Positions 1 to 9,653 of a stretch of 64,000 nucleotides of DNA are shown piece after piece. The stretch covers positions 1 to 64,000 of the forward strand of contig JAZAMN010000057.1 of NCBI GenBank assembly GCA_036229005.1, written 5' to 3'. The first letter of the stretch is position 1; each line of letters starts with the position of its first letter. The stretch comes from Myxococcota bacterium (GTDB lineage: Bacteria; Myxococcota_A; UBA796; CAJQPC01). The notes under the pieces are model-generated. The model saw nothing but the letters and a program-made list of their open reading frames with translations. It made no database searches and was not told the DNA's origin. The position numbers and the translations under genes are program-made.

Positions 1-85
1 CATCAGTAATCAGCCAGCTCCCGCCCGCCCCGACGCCCCCCCTGTCGGCTGCCACCACCGCCTGAACCCGGGAACCACGTCATCG

Positions 86-213
86 CCGGTCCCCGGTCAC
101 CGGTCCCCGGTCGCCGCCCCAAGCCGCCCCCGACACCCGACCTCTGATACCTGATACCCGACCTCTGATACCCGATACCCGACCTCTGGTACCCGACCCC
201 TGATACCTGATAC
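86..213. repeat. Heptamer tandem repeats: 4x CCGGTCV (86-113) and 12x CYGAYMY-type (130-213)
   Basis: Read directly: ccgacac ccgacct ctgatac ctgatac ccgacct ctgatac ccgatac ccgacct ctggtac ccgaccc ctgatac ctgatac; intergenic, upstream of the CDS at 240. Confidence 0.9.
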
Positions 214-239
214 CTCCCCCAGAGCGGTACACTCCCCCC

Positions 240-935
240 ATGCTCCTGCTGCTCGCCGCCACCGCCTCCGCTGAGACCCTCCAGCTCGACTACACCCTGC
301 GCGCGCAGGGCCTGCAGGTCGGGACCCGCAGCCTCAAGGTGTCCTACCTGCCCAGCGCCGACGGCAGCGAAGACCGCCTGCTCGAGTGCTACACCGAGCT
401 CCCCGCGGCGGACTTCTCCCAGCGCGTCTCCGGCCTGAGCGCCGACTCCCTGGTGCCCGGCTTCTCCGCCCGCAACGCCCAGGGCGGCGAGCTCTGGGAG
501 GTCCAGGCCGCCCGCTCCCAGCAGGGCCTGAACGTCTCCTTCTCCGACGCCCGCGGACTCCAGGCCTCGACCCTGGACTTCTCCCAGGTCAACGCGACCA
601 CCCTGTCGCTCATGGACCCCGGCCGCAGCCTCCAGGGCCAGACCCAGCTCGAGCTGCTCAGCGCCGAGACCGGCCAGGTCCTCAACGGCCCCCTGCAGCA
701 ACTCGACCCCGAGACCCTGGAGATCGGCGGCCAGCCCATCGCCGCCCAGCACTACCTGTGGAGCCCCAGCTCCGGCCCCGTGCACCTGTACTACGCCGAC
801 AGCGGCGTGCTCCTGCGCAGCACCCTCACCCTGGCCGGCCAGACCCTGGAGCTCAGCCTGGACGCCCCGCCCCCCGCGCGCACCCTGGACACCCAGCTCC
901 TGCTCGGCCCCGATGTCCAGGAGGAGTCGCTCTGA
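240..935 (+). CDS. Secreted hypothetical protein (beta-rich)
   Basis: 231 aa ORF with strong GC3 bias and short signal peptide MLLLLAATASA; TACACT -10-like box 6 nt upstream. Confidence 0.8.
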   Translation: MLLLLAATASAETLQLDYTLRAQGLQVGTRSLKVSYLPSADGSEDRLLECYTELPAADFSQRVSGLSADSLVPGFSARNAQGGELWEVQAARSQQGLNVSFSDARGLQASTLDFSQVNATTLSLMDPGRSLQGQTQLELLSAETGQVLNGPLQQLDPETLEIGGQPIAAQHYLWSPSSGPVHLYYADSGVLLRSTLTLAGQTLELSLDAPPPARTLDTQLLLGPDVQEESL

Positions 936-1609
936 GCCCCAATCTCCTCGCTGGCGCCGAGCTGTCCCAGCTCCGTGTCGCGTGGGACGATCGCTGGTGG
1001 GTGGCCCCCGGGCGGCCCGAACACCTGGAGGGCCGCTTCGACGGCCCCATGATCCGCCTCAAAGCCCTCCGCGGCCGCTGCCTGCACCTGCAGCCCACCC
1101 GCTACTTCGACCACTGGGCCACCAACCTGCAGTCCCAGCCCCCGGCCGGCCCCTGCGCCGACCCCCTGGGCATCAACGGCCTGGTGTTCGACGTCCACGG
1201 CCGCCTGGTGCTCAACCGCCGGTCCGCCCACCTGCACCTGCGCCCGGGCCAGCTCGCTCCGGGATTCTCGGGCGCCCTGGAGCCCCGGGATCTCCTGGGA
1301 AAGAGCAGGATCAAAGGAGAGGATCTGCTGCGCGAATACCACGAGGAGCTGCACCCCCCGGCATCCTGGCCGGCCCCACGTCTGCGCCTGCTCGGGCTGG
1401 TGCGGGAGCGCGCACGCCATGGCAACCCGGACCTCTTTGTGCTCTGTGAGCTGCCTGGCGCCGGCGAGGAGCTGCGTGGCTCGACCGAGGGCCAGCCCCT
1501 GATCCTGCCGCCCCCCCACGACCCGCAGACCCTGGCCCAGCACGGCCCCTTGTCCATCCCTTTGCAGACGGCGCTCAAACTGTGGGAAGACTCCAGGGAC
1601 GGAGGCTGA
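932..1609 (+). CDS. Putative NUDIX-fold hydrolase (probable CTG start)
   Basis: C-terminal part of ORF 386..1609; RLVLNRRS...PGQL...SGALE...LLREYHEEL resembles a degenerate Nudix box; GAGGAG at 921-926 precedes an in-frame CTG overlapping the upstream TGA. Confidence 0.6.
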   Translation: MSPNLLAGAELSQLRVAWDDRWWVAPGRPEHLEGRFDGPMIRLKALRGRCLHLQPTRYFDHWATNLQSQPPAGPCADPLGINGLVFDVHGRLVLNRRSAHLHLRPGQLAPGFSGALEPRDLLGKSRIKGEDLLREYHEELHPPASWPAPRLRLLGLVRERARHGNPDLFVLCELPGAGEELRGSTEGQPLILPPPHDPQTLAQHGPLSIPLQTALKLWEDSRDGG

Positions 1610-3544
1610 GTGGAGACCTGGAAGAAGGTGCTGATCGGGCTGGGCGTGCTGTCGCTGCTGGCCATCGTGGGCGTGCTGGTCGGCTACCGCCAGGTGGTCA
1701 CGCCGCCCCCCGCCGCGCCGGAGCTGGCTGAGCGCCCCAAGCCCGTCATCACCCGCAGTGCCTCGTCGGCGCCGAGCGGTGCCTTTGTGTTCTCGGGGAT
1801 CGTGGTCGATGAGGTGGGCCAGCCGGTGGAGACCACCCTGATCTTCTCCTCCTCCGCCTCCGGGGAACACACGCTGGAGAGCGGCCCGGACGGACGCTTC
1901 TCACACAGCGCGGACGGGGCCGGGATCCTGTCCCTGGCGGAGCGGGCGGGCGCGCCGGACGACTTCGATCTGGAGGGCCCCCGGGACGACCTGCGCTTTG
2001 TGGTCTCGCCCCTGTGCCCGGTGACGGTGGTGGTGCTGGACCCCCAGGGCGCCCCCCTGGCCGACGCCGAGGTGGAGCTGGAGGTGGAGACGGCGGCCTC
2101 GCGCTCGGAGACGACTCTGTGGACGGACGGGGCGGGCGAGGCGCTGTTCGAGCAGGCAGCCTGCGGTGTGGCCGAGCTGCACGTGGACACCCCCGAGCAC
2201 CCGGCCCTGAGCCGACGCGGCCTGGACACGCTGGTGGAGACCCGCTTTGTGGTGCAGCTCCGGGCAGGGGCCTGGCTCAGCGGGGTGGTGATGGACAGCG
2301 AGGGCAGCCCCATCCCGGGTGCCAAGGTCTGGGCGGGCGCGAGCTGGGACCGCTCGGAGGACGACGGCCAGTACGGCATGTGGGTGGACCCCAGCACGCT
2401 GACCCAGGTGAAGGCGCGCGCGGAGGGCTACCGCGACCACAGCGAGAAGCTGCGCCTGGCCGAAGACGCTCAGGAAGACAGCTTGGACCTCTATCTTGAG
2501 GAGGCCCGCCTGGTGGAGGTCTACTGCGCTGGCCTGCCCGAGGACTCCTGCGAGAGCGTGCTGCCCATCATGTGCACGCACCCCCTGCTGCCGCTGGGCA
2601 CCATGTGCCTGCCCGACGACCCGGTCACCTGCGACTGCCCCACCGGACAGGCCGCCGTGCGCGGGGGTGGACAGGCCGTCGCGGTCAACCCCGGGGACGA
2701 CGTCGCCTGGCTGGACTTCCGCATGGGCGGGGGAATCACCGGCGTGGTCACCCAGGAGGGCGAGCCCGCCGCCTGCACCGCCACCGTCACCTACATCCCC
2801 CAGTCCGCCGCCGACCTGAGCAAGGGCCTGGCCCACACCCGCCTGAGCCAGTGCGACGAGCTCGGCCGCTTCACCGCCCTGGGCCTGGAGCCCGGCGTGT
2901 GGATGGTGGACCTGCGCGCCGGCGAGAACCTGAGCGCCCAGTCCCGCCAGCTCCCCTTCATCGAGGTCGCGGACGCCCTGGTGGACGTCGGGGAGATCGA
3001 CTTCGCCGGCGGCGGGCGCATCGAGGGCGTGGTGCTCGACGCGCTGACCGGCCAGGGCGCGCCCCAGGTGCCCGTCGTGGCCGTTGAGACCCACCCGGAC
3101 AACCCCCAGCTCCCGCGCACCGCCACCGGCTTCTCGGTGTCCGAGGGCCAGTTCGTCCTGCTGGGGCTGGACGATGGGGAGTACGAGGTCATGGTCTCCA
3201 CCGCTCCCTTCCGCAAGGTGCCCGTCACCGTGAAGGATGGCGTCAACACCAGCGAGGTCATCCTGGAGTCGCGCACCGCCGACATCCTGGACGAGGCCGG
3301 CTTTCACCTGGTCACCGACGAGCAGGGGGAGCTGGTCGTGGATCGCGTCGACGCCGACGGAGACGCCCAGGTCGGCGGCCTGCTGGAGGGCGACCGGGTG
3401 GAGGGCGTCATCCTCTTTGGCGTGGACGTCGAAGAGCGCTTTCCGGATCTTGACCTGAGCGAGACCATCCTGGGCAGCTACGATGGGCCCGGTGTCTCCC
3501 TCAAGGTCGACCGCGAGGGCGAAGAAGTGATCGTCGAGCTCTAG
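1610..3544 (+). CDS. Membrane-anchored protein with carboxypeptidase-regulatory-like repeats and C-terminal PDZ-like domain
   Basis: N-terminal TM helix; repeated GxVxD..GxP(I/V)xGAxV motifs; C-terminal VVDRVDADGDAQVGGLLEGDRV...VSLKVDREG. Confidence 0.75.
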   Translation: METWKKVLIGLGVLSLLAIVGVLVGYRQVVTPPPAAPELAERPKPVITRSASSAPSGAFVFSGIVVDEVGQPVETTLIFSSSASGEHTLESGPDGRFSHSADGAGILSLAERAGAPDDFDLEGPRDDLRFVVSPLCPVTVVVLDPQGAPLADAEVELEVETAASRSETTLWTDGAGEALFEQAACGVAELHVDTPEHPALSRRGLDTLVETRFVVQLRAGAWLSGVVMDSEGSPIPGAKVWAGASWDRSEDDGQYGMWVDPSTLTQVKARAEGYRDHSEKLRLAEDAQEDSLDLYLEEARLVEVYCAGLPEDSCESVLPIMCTHPLLPLGTMCLPDDPVTCDCPTGQAAVRGGGQAVAVNPGDDVAWLDFRMGGGITGVVTQEGEPAACTATVTYIPQSAADLSKGLAHTRLSQCDELGRFTALGLEPGVWMVDLRAGENLSAQSRQLPFIEVADALVDVGEIDFAGGGRIEGVVLDALTGQGAPQVPVVAVETHPDNPQLPRTATGFSVSEGQFVLLGLDDGEYEVMVSTAPFRKVPVTVKDGVNTSEVILESRTADILDEAGFHLVTDEQGELVVDRVDADGDAQVGGLLEGDRVEGVILFGVDVEERFPDLDLSETILGSYDGPGVSLKVDREGEEVIVEL

Positions 3545-3555
3545 GAGCCAACCCC

Positions 3556-5373
3556 GTGCTGCTTGCCCTGCTGGCCTGCTGGTCCGAGCCTCTGGACTCC
3601 GGGGACTTCGCCCCCATCCAGGACAAGGATGGCGACGGCGTGATCGCCGAATACGACTGCTCCGACGAGAACCCCTACGTGGGCCTGCCCGACGTCTACT
3701 GGATCGACCGGGACGGCGACGGCTACGGCACCGGCGACAGCTTCGAGTCCTGCGCGCCCCTGGTGGACACCGCCCGACAGGGGGGCGACTGCGACGACGA
3801 CGACCCCGACATCAACCCCGGCCAGTCCGACAGCCCCTGCAACGGCGTGGACGAAGACTGCAACGGCGTGATCGACGCCGGCATGACCGTGGGCACCCAC
3901 TTCGAGACCCTGGAGGAGGCCCTCGCGGCCGCCAGCCCCGGCGACGAGATCTGCCTGCCCGCCGGTGACTACCAAGGGCCCTTCACCCTGGGCGGCGGCG
4001 TGATCCTCTCGGGCGCCGGCCAGGACAAGACCTCTCTGCTGGGCGACGGCAGCGGCCCCGTGGTGACCACCGACGGCGACCTGACCCTCACGCGCCTGGC
4101 CCTCAAGAACGGCGCCGGGCTGAGCGCCGCCGTGGATCCCCTGCCCGGCAGCACCCTTCGCCTGAGCGGCGTGGAGATCCGGGACATGGCCCTGGACCCC
4201 GACAGCGAGCAGCACCTGCTCCGCCCCCAGGGTGGCCAGCTCGAGCTGCTGCAGGTGGCCATCATGAACCTGTCCTACGACACCAGCGGGCCCATCGACG
4301 GCCTGGTGGTCTCGCTGCAGGACGACGCCAGCCTCCTGATCCAGGACCTGACCATGGCGGACCTGAGCGTGCGCGGGGGTTCGGGGCAGGGTGTCCTCGT
4401 GCATGGGGAGGGTGCCCAGGACCAGCGACTGGGGGAGATCATGCTGGATCGGTGGGCCCTGGAGTCCGCGGGGGACCTGAGCCTCGTCTCCCTGGGGGCG
4501 GGCACGCTGAGCCTGAACACCCTGGAGCTGAGCTACAGCGAGATCCTGGCTGAAGGCAGCTTGATCCTGGTGGATCACCGAGGACTCCTGGAGGGCGAGG
4601 AGCTGGGCGTGGGGGCCGTGGCGCTGGAGGCGGACAGCGTGCAGGTGGTGCGGGCGGCGCAGTACGCGTTCTCCGAGCTGCGGATGAAGGCCAACACCGT
4701 CCAGGCCCAGTCGCTGTGTCTGGTGGAGGTGGAAGAGGGGGAGCAGCAGCTCTACCGGGTGTCCTACATCGCCAACCAGTTGGTGGCGCCCTCGGGCTCT
4801 GGTGCGCTCCTGTGCGCAGACGAGGCCACCCTGAGCGTGGACAACTTTGTGCTCTCGGCCAACCACGGCGCATTCGACGCGCTGGGGCCGTGGATCCTGG
4901 CCACCGGGGGCAGCCTGCGCCTGAGCCAGGGGGACCTGACGGCCAACGTCCAGGAGGGCGACAGCGGGCGGGACTACGCGATGATCGGCTCGGACGGCGC
5001 GACGGTGACGGTGCACAACACCAGCGTGGTGCGCAACGAGGCGGTGGCCTACCGGCAGCTCCTGGGGGCGGCGGCGTTCAAGGAGCTCGGAGAGCGCGCG
5101 GAGCTGGAGTGGCTCTACTCCAACAGCTTCGCGAACAGCGGGACGGACTGGGACTTTGGGCTGGGCACCGCCGAGCTCTCGGAGCTGCCCGACACCTACA
5201 GCAGCGACCCCTCCTACGTGAGCACCAACAACCCGGACCCGCTCTACTGGAACCTGAACATGGACGCGGGCTCCCCCCTGGAGGACGCCGGCGACCCCGA
5301 TGTGCTGGACCGCGACGGGAGCCGAAGCGACGTGGGGGCCTTTGGGGGGCCGTATGGGGGGTGGTGGCCCTGA
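3556..5373 (+). CDS. Lipoprotein with MopE-like putative metal-binding repeats and beta-helix region
   Basis: MLLALLAC lipobox; DxDGDG, DCDDDDPDINPG and CNGVDEDCNG motifs; TLEEALAAASPGDEICLPAGDY beta-helix start; C-terminal DRDGSRSDVGAFGGP. Confidence 0.8.
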   Translation: MLLALLACWSEPLDSGDFAPIQDKDGDGVIAEYDCSDENPYVGLPDVYWIDRDGDGYGTGDSFESCAPLVDTARQGGDCDDDDPDINPGQSDSPCNGVDEDCNGVIDAGMTVGTHFETLEEALAAASPGDEICLPAGDYQGPFTLGGGVILSGAGQDKTSLLGDGSGPVVTTDGDLTLTRLALKNGAGLSAAVDPLPGSTLRLSGVEIRDMALDPDSEQHLLRPQGGQLELLQVAIMNLSYDTSGPIDGLVVSLQDDASLLIQDLTMADLSVRGGSGQGVLVHGEGAQDQRLGEIMLDRWALESAGDLSLVSLGAGTLSLNTLELSYSEILAEGSLILVDHRGLLEGEELGVGAVALEADSVQVVRAAQYAFSELRMKANTVQAQSLCLVEVEEGEQQLYRVSYIANQLVAPSGSGALLCADEATLSVDNFVLSANHGAFDALGPWILATGGSLRLSQGDLTANVQEGDSGRDYAMIGSDGATVTVHNTSVVRNEAVAYRQLLGAAAFKELGERAELEWLYSNSFANSGTDWDFGLGTAELSELPDTYSSDPSYVSTNNPDPLYWNLNMDAGSPLEDAGDPDVLDRDGSRSDVGAFGGPYGGWWP

Positions 5374-5437
5374 GGGGGCCGAGGGGGAAGGAGCAGGCAC
5401 CCGGGAGCCAGCGCAACCCGGGCACCTGGGGGTCCGC

Positions 5438-5794
5438 TCAGGGCTGCGGCGGCGGGGCCTCACAGTAGTCGAGGGGCAAGCGCAGGAGCACCTGGCCGGG
5501 GGCGAGGTCGGGGCACTCGTTGATGTCGATGATGTTGGGGCAGTCGCCGATGTCGATGATGTTGGGGCAGTCACCAATGTCCATGATGTTGGGGCAGTCA
5601 CCAATGTCCATGAACCCCGGACAATCACCGATGTCGATGATGTCGGGACAGCCGATGAGCTCCACCACCTGGAGGGTGTCGCCGTCGAGCACGCCGATGG
5701 CCAGACAGGACGGCGCGGGGGGCGGCGGCGGCGGGTCGTCGTCCGCGAAGGCGACGGGCCCCAGCAGCGAGGCCGCGAGCAGCAGGATGTTCAT
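5438..5794 (-). CDS. Small secreted protein with 9-aa Cys/Asp repeats (DIGDCPxxx)
   Basis: Signal peptide MNILLLAASLLGPVAFA; poly-Pro; six 27-bp repeat units in frame; GGAG upstream. Confidence 0.75.
   Translation of the reverse strand: MNILLLAASLLGPVAFADDDPPPPPPAPSCLAIGVLDGDTLQVVELIGCPDIIDIGDCPGFMDIGDCPNIMDIGDCPNIIDIGDCPNIIDINECPDLAPGQVLLRLPLDYCEAPPPQP
5511..5660 (-). repeat. 27-bp coding tandem repeat (about 6 units)
   Basis: Units start near 5511, 5538, 5565, 5592, 5619 and 5646 on the + strand (e.g. gggcagtcgccgatgtcgatgatgttg). Confidence 0.9.
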
Positions 5795-6000
5795 TCCAAA
5801 TCTCCGGTTCTTTGTTGGTTGAAGCCGGAAGGCTCGCCCCCGGCCTGAGCCAGACCGTGCAGCGAAGCCTGCGTCCCACCCCAGCTCAAACTGAGCGTAG
5901 CACTACAGCTTTCAACCAGGCCGGCGCCGGGTAAGAAATCCGTCTGACTCACGGCCCGTGGACGAACGATTAGGCTGAAAGGACAGGAAATGGAGACGCC

Positions 6001-7179
6001 GTGAGCCTTCTGATGTTGAGTCTGATTGGATGTACCGCCTGCACCCAGGTCGAGGACACGAGCACCACGATCGACAGCAGCCCGACCAACGACACCGATA
6101 CGGGCGACACTGCGGACACAGGGCCCTTGGTCATCCCGGACGTCGTGTTCGACCAGAATCAGCCCGGTCCCTACACGGAGGAGTGCACCGAGGAGGTCTT
6201 CCGGGGCAAGGACCCGGACCTCGTTGCCATGTGGATAACGACGGAGGGCTGGGCCGCTTTCGTGCACGCCGCACAAGTCCTGACCGCCAAGTTTCAGGCC
6301 GTCCTCCCAAGCGGGACTGCGCCGCCTCTGGCGCAGGTCTGCCAGGAGCTCGCCAACGAACTGACCACCGGGAACCCCGGGCCGGTACCGATCATCGGAG
6401 ACTGCCCGGCGCTGCTCCCTGACACCGACGTTGGTGTTCTGAACGCCATCCCATCCACCCCGTTCAACCTGCAGACCTTCTACCAATACGACTCCAACAC
6501 CTCAAACCCAGCACTGGTTACTGGGGTGAGTTTCGCAAACATTGCCTATGAGCACCCAAACCATCCGGACAACTATCCCCTGCCCGAGGCCATGAATGCG
6601 GTCGAGGCGATTCACGGCAATCCCCCGGGGTGTTGGATCAAGTTCGATCTGGTCAACGAAGCGGCGGCCAACCCCACGCTGAACTCGATGCCCATTGTGC
6701 TGTTCACCAACCACGCCTACTTGACCGCAGCTATTCTGGAAGCAGATGTCCCCGAGCAAAGCTTGGTGATCTCGGGGGCGACCTTCACGGTCCCTGGACC
6801 GGTCGCGAGCTTCCTGGCGGGTGGGCCGATCGCGTCCCCCTCACCCGTTCCCTACGCGGAGCTCTACCTCAGCGTAGGCTACCCCCCCGATGCAACCGCA
6901 ACACTCGACATGGATGAAGTCGATTTCTCGATCATGGGGACCACGAACTTCGACGTTCCTTTCGAGACGATGCCCCAGCTCATGGGCAGCGGCATCATCG
7001 ACCCGGTGACCCGAGAAGACCTCCGCGAGTTGGATTGGGCTGTCACTGAGCACGTCGAACAGATTCTGTGGGACACCGACACCAGCACGACAGACACCAC
7101 CTCAAACGCAGTCTGGGACACCGCCAGCCGAGGAAATGGAATGCCAGCCCTCTGGCCAGCCGAGCCTGACAAGCGCTGA
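6001..7179 (+). CDS. Hypothetical lipoprotein with atypical codon usage
   Basis: MSLLMLSLIGC lipobox; GGAG upstream; many A/T-ending codons compared with flanking genes. Confidence 0.75.
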   Translation: MSLLMLSLIGCTACTQVEDTSTTIDSSPTNDTDTGDTADTGPLVIPDVVFDQNQPGPYTEECTEEVFRGKDPDLVAMWITTEGWAAFVHAAQVLTAKFQAVLPSGTAPPLAQVCQELANELTTGNPGPVPIIGDCPALLPDTDVGVLNAIPSTPFNLQTFYQYDSNTSNPALVTGVSFANIAYEHPNHPDNYPLPEAMNAVEAIHGNPPGCWIKFDLVNEAAANPTLNSMPIVLFTNHAYLTAAILEADVPEQSLVISGATFTVPGPVASFLAGGPIASPSPVPYAELYLSVGYPPDATATLDMDEVDFSIMGTTNFDVPFETMPQLMGSGIIDPVTREDLRELDWAVTEHVEQILWDTDTSTTDTTSNAVWDTASRGNGMPALWPAEPDKR

Positions 7180-9615
7180 CTAGTGGCTCAGGAGGCGTGC
7201 TGGACGAAACCCGTTCAGCGCGCTCCTGTGTTCCCGATCCAGCGGAATCCGAGTTCCGACCGAACACAGCCGAATCCCCGATGCCCAGCTGCCTCCTCGG
7301 AGATTCCTCCACTCCTCTTTGCCGATTGGATGAGGCGCAAGCGCCCGCCCCTGAGACACCCGAGGGTGGACGGAGGTCCACGGATCCAAACAATGCTCAC
7401 GCGCGTTCCCGCAGCCATCCAACACCCCATAGGGGCTCTCGTCCACCAACGCGCTCCCGACGGTCCTCGGCAGCGGCCGCCCCCGCACCGCCTGCCGGTT
7501 GACCGACCAGGTCGCCTCCGCTTCGTCGCCCCAGCTGAACTGGCGGCCGTCGACGCCGCGGACGGCCTTCTCCCGCTCCAACTCCCAAGGCAGCCGGTAG
7601 GCGTGGCCCTGGCGGCTCATCCACGCACACGCGGCCTGGGCATCGTCGCTGTTCACAAAGAGCACCGGCCACTCGGGGAGCCAGACGTCGCCCTGCTCGT
7701 CGGGCACCAGGCAGAAGCGTCCGTCCGCGTCCCGGCCGTACTGCATGGCCCCCTCGGTCTCACCACCGTGGGGCATGGCCCTGGGGACATGCCGCAGGGC
7801 GTCCTGCTCCCGGCCCTGGTCCAGCAGGTCGTTGAGGAAGGCCAGGTACTCGGCGTTGGTGAAGGCGGTGCGCCAGATGACGAAGTCGTGCACCCAGACG
7901 CGCTGCCGCTCCGTTCCCCCCTTGGCCAGCGGGTCGCCGGAGCGGAACCAGCCCGCGGGCACGAAGACCTCGCGGGGGTCGAGCTCGCCGAGCTTGGGGA
8001 TGCGGGTGCGGCCGTCGTGGTCGGCGCCGGGGGGAGGCTCGTGCACCCAGCGCTCGCCGCGCTGGATCTCCACGGGCAGCCGCACCTCGACGTGGCCAGG
8101 GGCTGACAGGAGCAGGAGATAGGAGCCCCGCTCCAGAGGGTGATCCACGATGGGCGTGCTGCCCAGGTCCCCCACCTCCTCCAAGACCAGGCGCCGCTGA
8201 CGCAGCACGTAGCGGAAAGCGCGGACCCGTACGGGGACGGTGCTCTCCAGGTTGAGCCAGCCGGTGCCCGCCAGGTAGGCGTCGTGGGCGCCCCGGTTGT
8301 GGCGGGAGAGCAGGATCTCGAAGCGCAGGGTGCGCGGGTCCTTGAGGGCCTCGGCCTCGGCGTGGCGCTCGCGGTAGTAGTCGGCCAGGGCCTCGTGGAC
8401 GGGGGGCAGCGGGGACTCGGCCAGCGCGGCCTGGAGGTCCTGCAGGTAGCCGAACTCGGCGAGCTCGGCGTCGGTCTGGAGGGCGGCGGCCTGGTCTTCG
8501 AGCGCCCAGACGGGGTGCTTGTCGGCCTCGGGGGCGTGGGGGGGGACCTGGGCGGAGGCCTGGCGGGCGCGGTCGTGGACCTCCTGGGCCTTGGCGCGCA
8601 GAGCGTCGAGCTCGGCCTTCTGACCCTGGGCGCGGGCCAGCAGAGCCATGGCGCGGCCTTGGGCCTGGGCGTCTTCGAGCCAGCCATCCAGGGCGGAGAT
8701 GAAGGCGTCGGCGTCGGCCAGGCGCTGGGCGGGGTCGGGCTGCAGGCAGGCCCAGCACAGCTCCATGAGCTCGGGGGGCCCCGCGGGGACAGGGGGGATC
8801 TCGCCTTCGCGGAGCCGCTCCAGGATCCGGTCGGGGGGATCTCCGGGCCAGGGCGCGCTCCCGCCCAGCAGGTGCACCAGGCAGGCGCCCAGGGACCAGA
8901 GCTCGGAGCGGGCGTCCAGGGCCTGACCGCGGGCCTGCTCAGGGGACATGTAGGCGGGGGTACCGGAGACGCCGTCCCGCTGGCCGGCCATCAGGACCAG
9001 GCCCCAGTCGACGACGCGGACCTCGCCGTGGCGGCCCACCATGACGTTGGCGGGCTTGAAGTCGCGGTGGAGGACGCCGCGCTCGTGGGCGAAGGCCAGG
9101 GCCTGGGCTGCGGACCGAAGCATCAGCACCTTGCGCTGGCGGCTCAGGGACTCGTCGGCGAACAGGGTCTGCAGGGTGTCCCCCTCCACCAGGGCCATGG
9201 TGAAGAAGTCGCGGCCGTCGGGGGCCACGCCGGTCTCGTAGAGGGGGATGATGCCGGGGTGGGTGAGCTGGGCGGTGGCGCGGGCCTCCTTGAGGAAGCG
9301 CAGGCGCAGCTTGGGGTCCGCGGCGTGCTCGGGGCGGATGAGCTTGAGGGCGACCACGCGGCCAAGCTGGGTGTCGAGGGCCCGCCGCACCTCGCCCATG
9401 CCCCCGGTGCCGAGGGGTCCAAGGTCCTGATAGCGCTCGGCGGTGGGGGCCTGTGTCTGGAAGGCCAGGGTCCCCTCCTCCTGGGGGTAGAAGCCGCTCA
9501 TGGGGCCGGCCCAGGAGACGCCGGCGCCGGGCTGTCCGGAGATCAGGGCCTCCAGTGCGGGGCGGAGTTCGGGGTCCAGTCCCTGCTCATGCAGGAAGCG
9601 CGCGATGGGGTCCAT
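7180..9615 (-). CDS. Ser/Thr protein kinase with PEGA-like and C-terminal FGE-sulfatase (SUMF1/EgtB/PvdO-type) domain
   Basis: GTGGMGEV, VALK, HRDFKPAN, DWG, GTPAYMSPE; FGE-type motifs TNAEYLAF, RLPWELEREKAVRG, SPYGVLDGCGN, RGGSW, GFRPAR. Confidence 0.92.
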   Translation of the reverse strand: MDPIARFLHEQGLDPELRPALEALISGQPGAGVSWAGPMSGFYPQEEGTLAFQTQAPTAERYQDLGPLGTGGMGEVRRALDTQLGRVVALKLIRPEHAADPKLRLRFLKEARATAQLTHPGIIPLYETGVAPDGRDFFTMALVEGDTLQTLFADESLSRQRKVLMLRSAAQALAFAHERGVLHRDFKPANVMVGRHGEVRVVDWGLVLMAGQRDGVSGTPAYMSPEQARGQALDARSELWSLGACLVHLLGGSAPWPGDPPDRILERLREGEIPPVPAGPPELMELCWACLQPDPAQRLADADAFISALDGWLEDAQAQGRAMALLARAQGQKAELDALRAKAQEVHDRARQASAQVPPHAPEADKHPVWALEDQAAALQTDAELAEFGYLQDLQAALAESPLPPVHEALADYYRERHAEAEALKDPRTLRFEILLSRHNRGAHDAYLAGTGWLNLESTVPVRVRAFRYVLRQRRLVLEEVGDLGSTPIVDHPLERGSYLLLLSAPGHVEVRLPVEIQRGERWVHEPPPGADHDGRTRIPKLGELDPREVFVPAGWFRSGDPLAKGGTERQRVWVHDFVIWRTAFTNAEYLAFLNDLLDQGREQDALRHVPRAMPHGGETEGAMQYGRDADGRFCLVPDEQGDVWLPEWPVLFVNSDDAQAACAWMSRQGHAYRLPWELEREKAVRGVDGRQFSWGDEAEATWSVNRQAVRGRPLPRTVGSALVDESPYGVLDGCGNAREHCLDPWTSVHPRVSQGRALAPHPIGKEEWRNLRGGSWASGIRLCSVGTRIPLDREHRSALNGFRPARLLSH

Positions 9616-9653
9616 GCAGCTCCAGTGGGGGTCGGCGATGCTACCTTGCCCAG

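Noticed and set aside
7180..7450. Complete diversity-generating retroelement targeting the FGE domain
   Set aside because: No reverse transcriptase, Avd or template repeat was seen in the window; kept only as a hypothesis in the findings.
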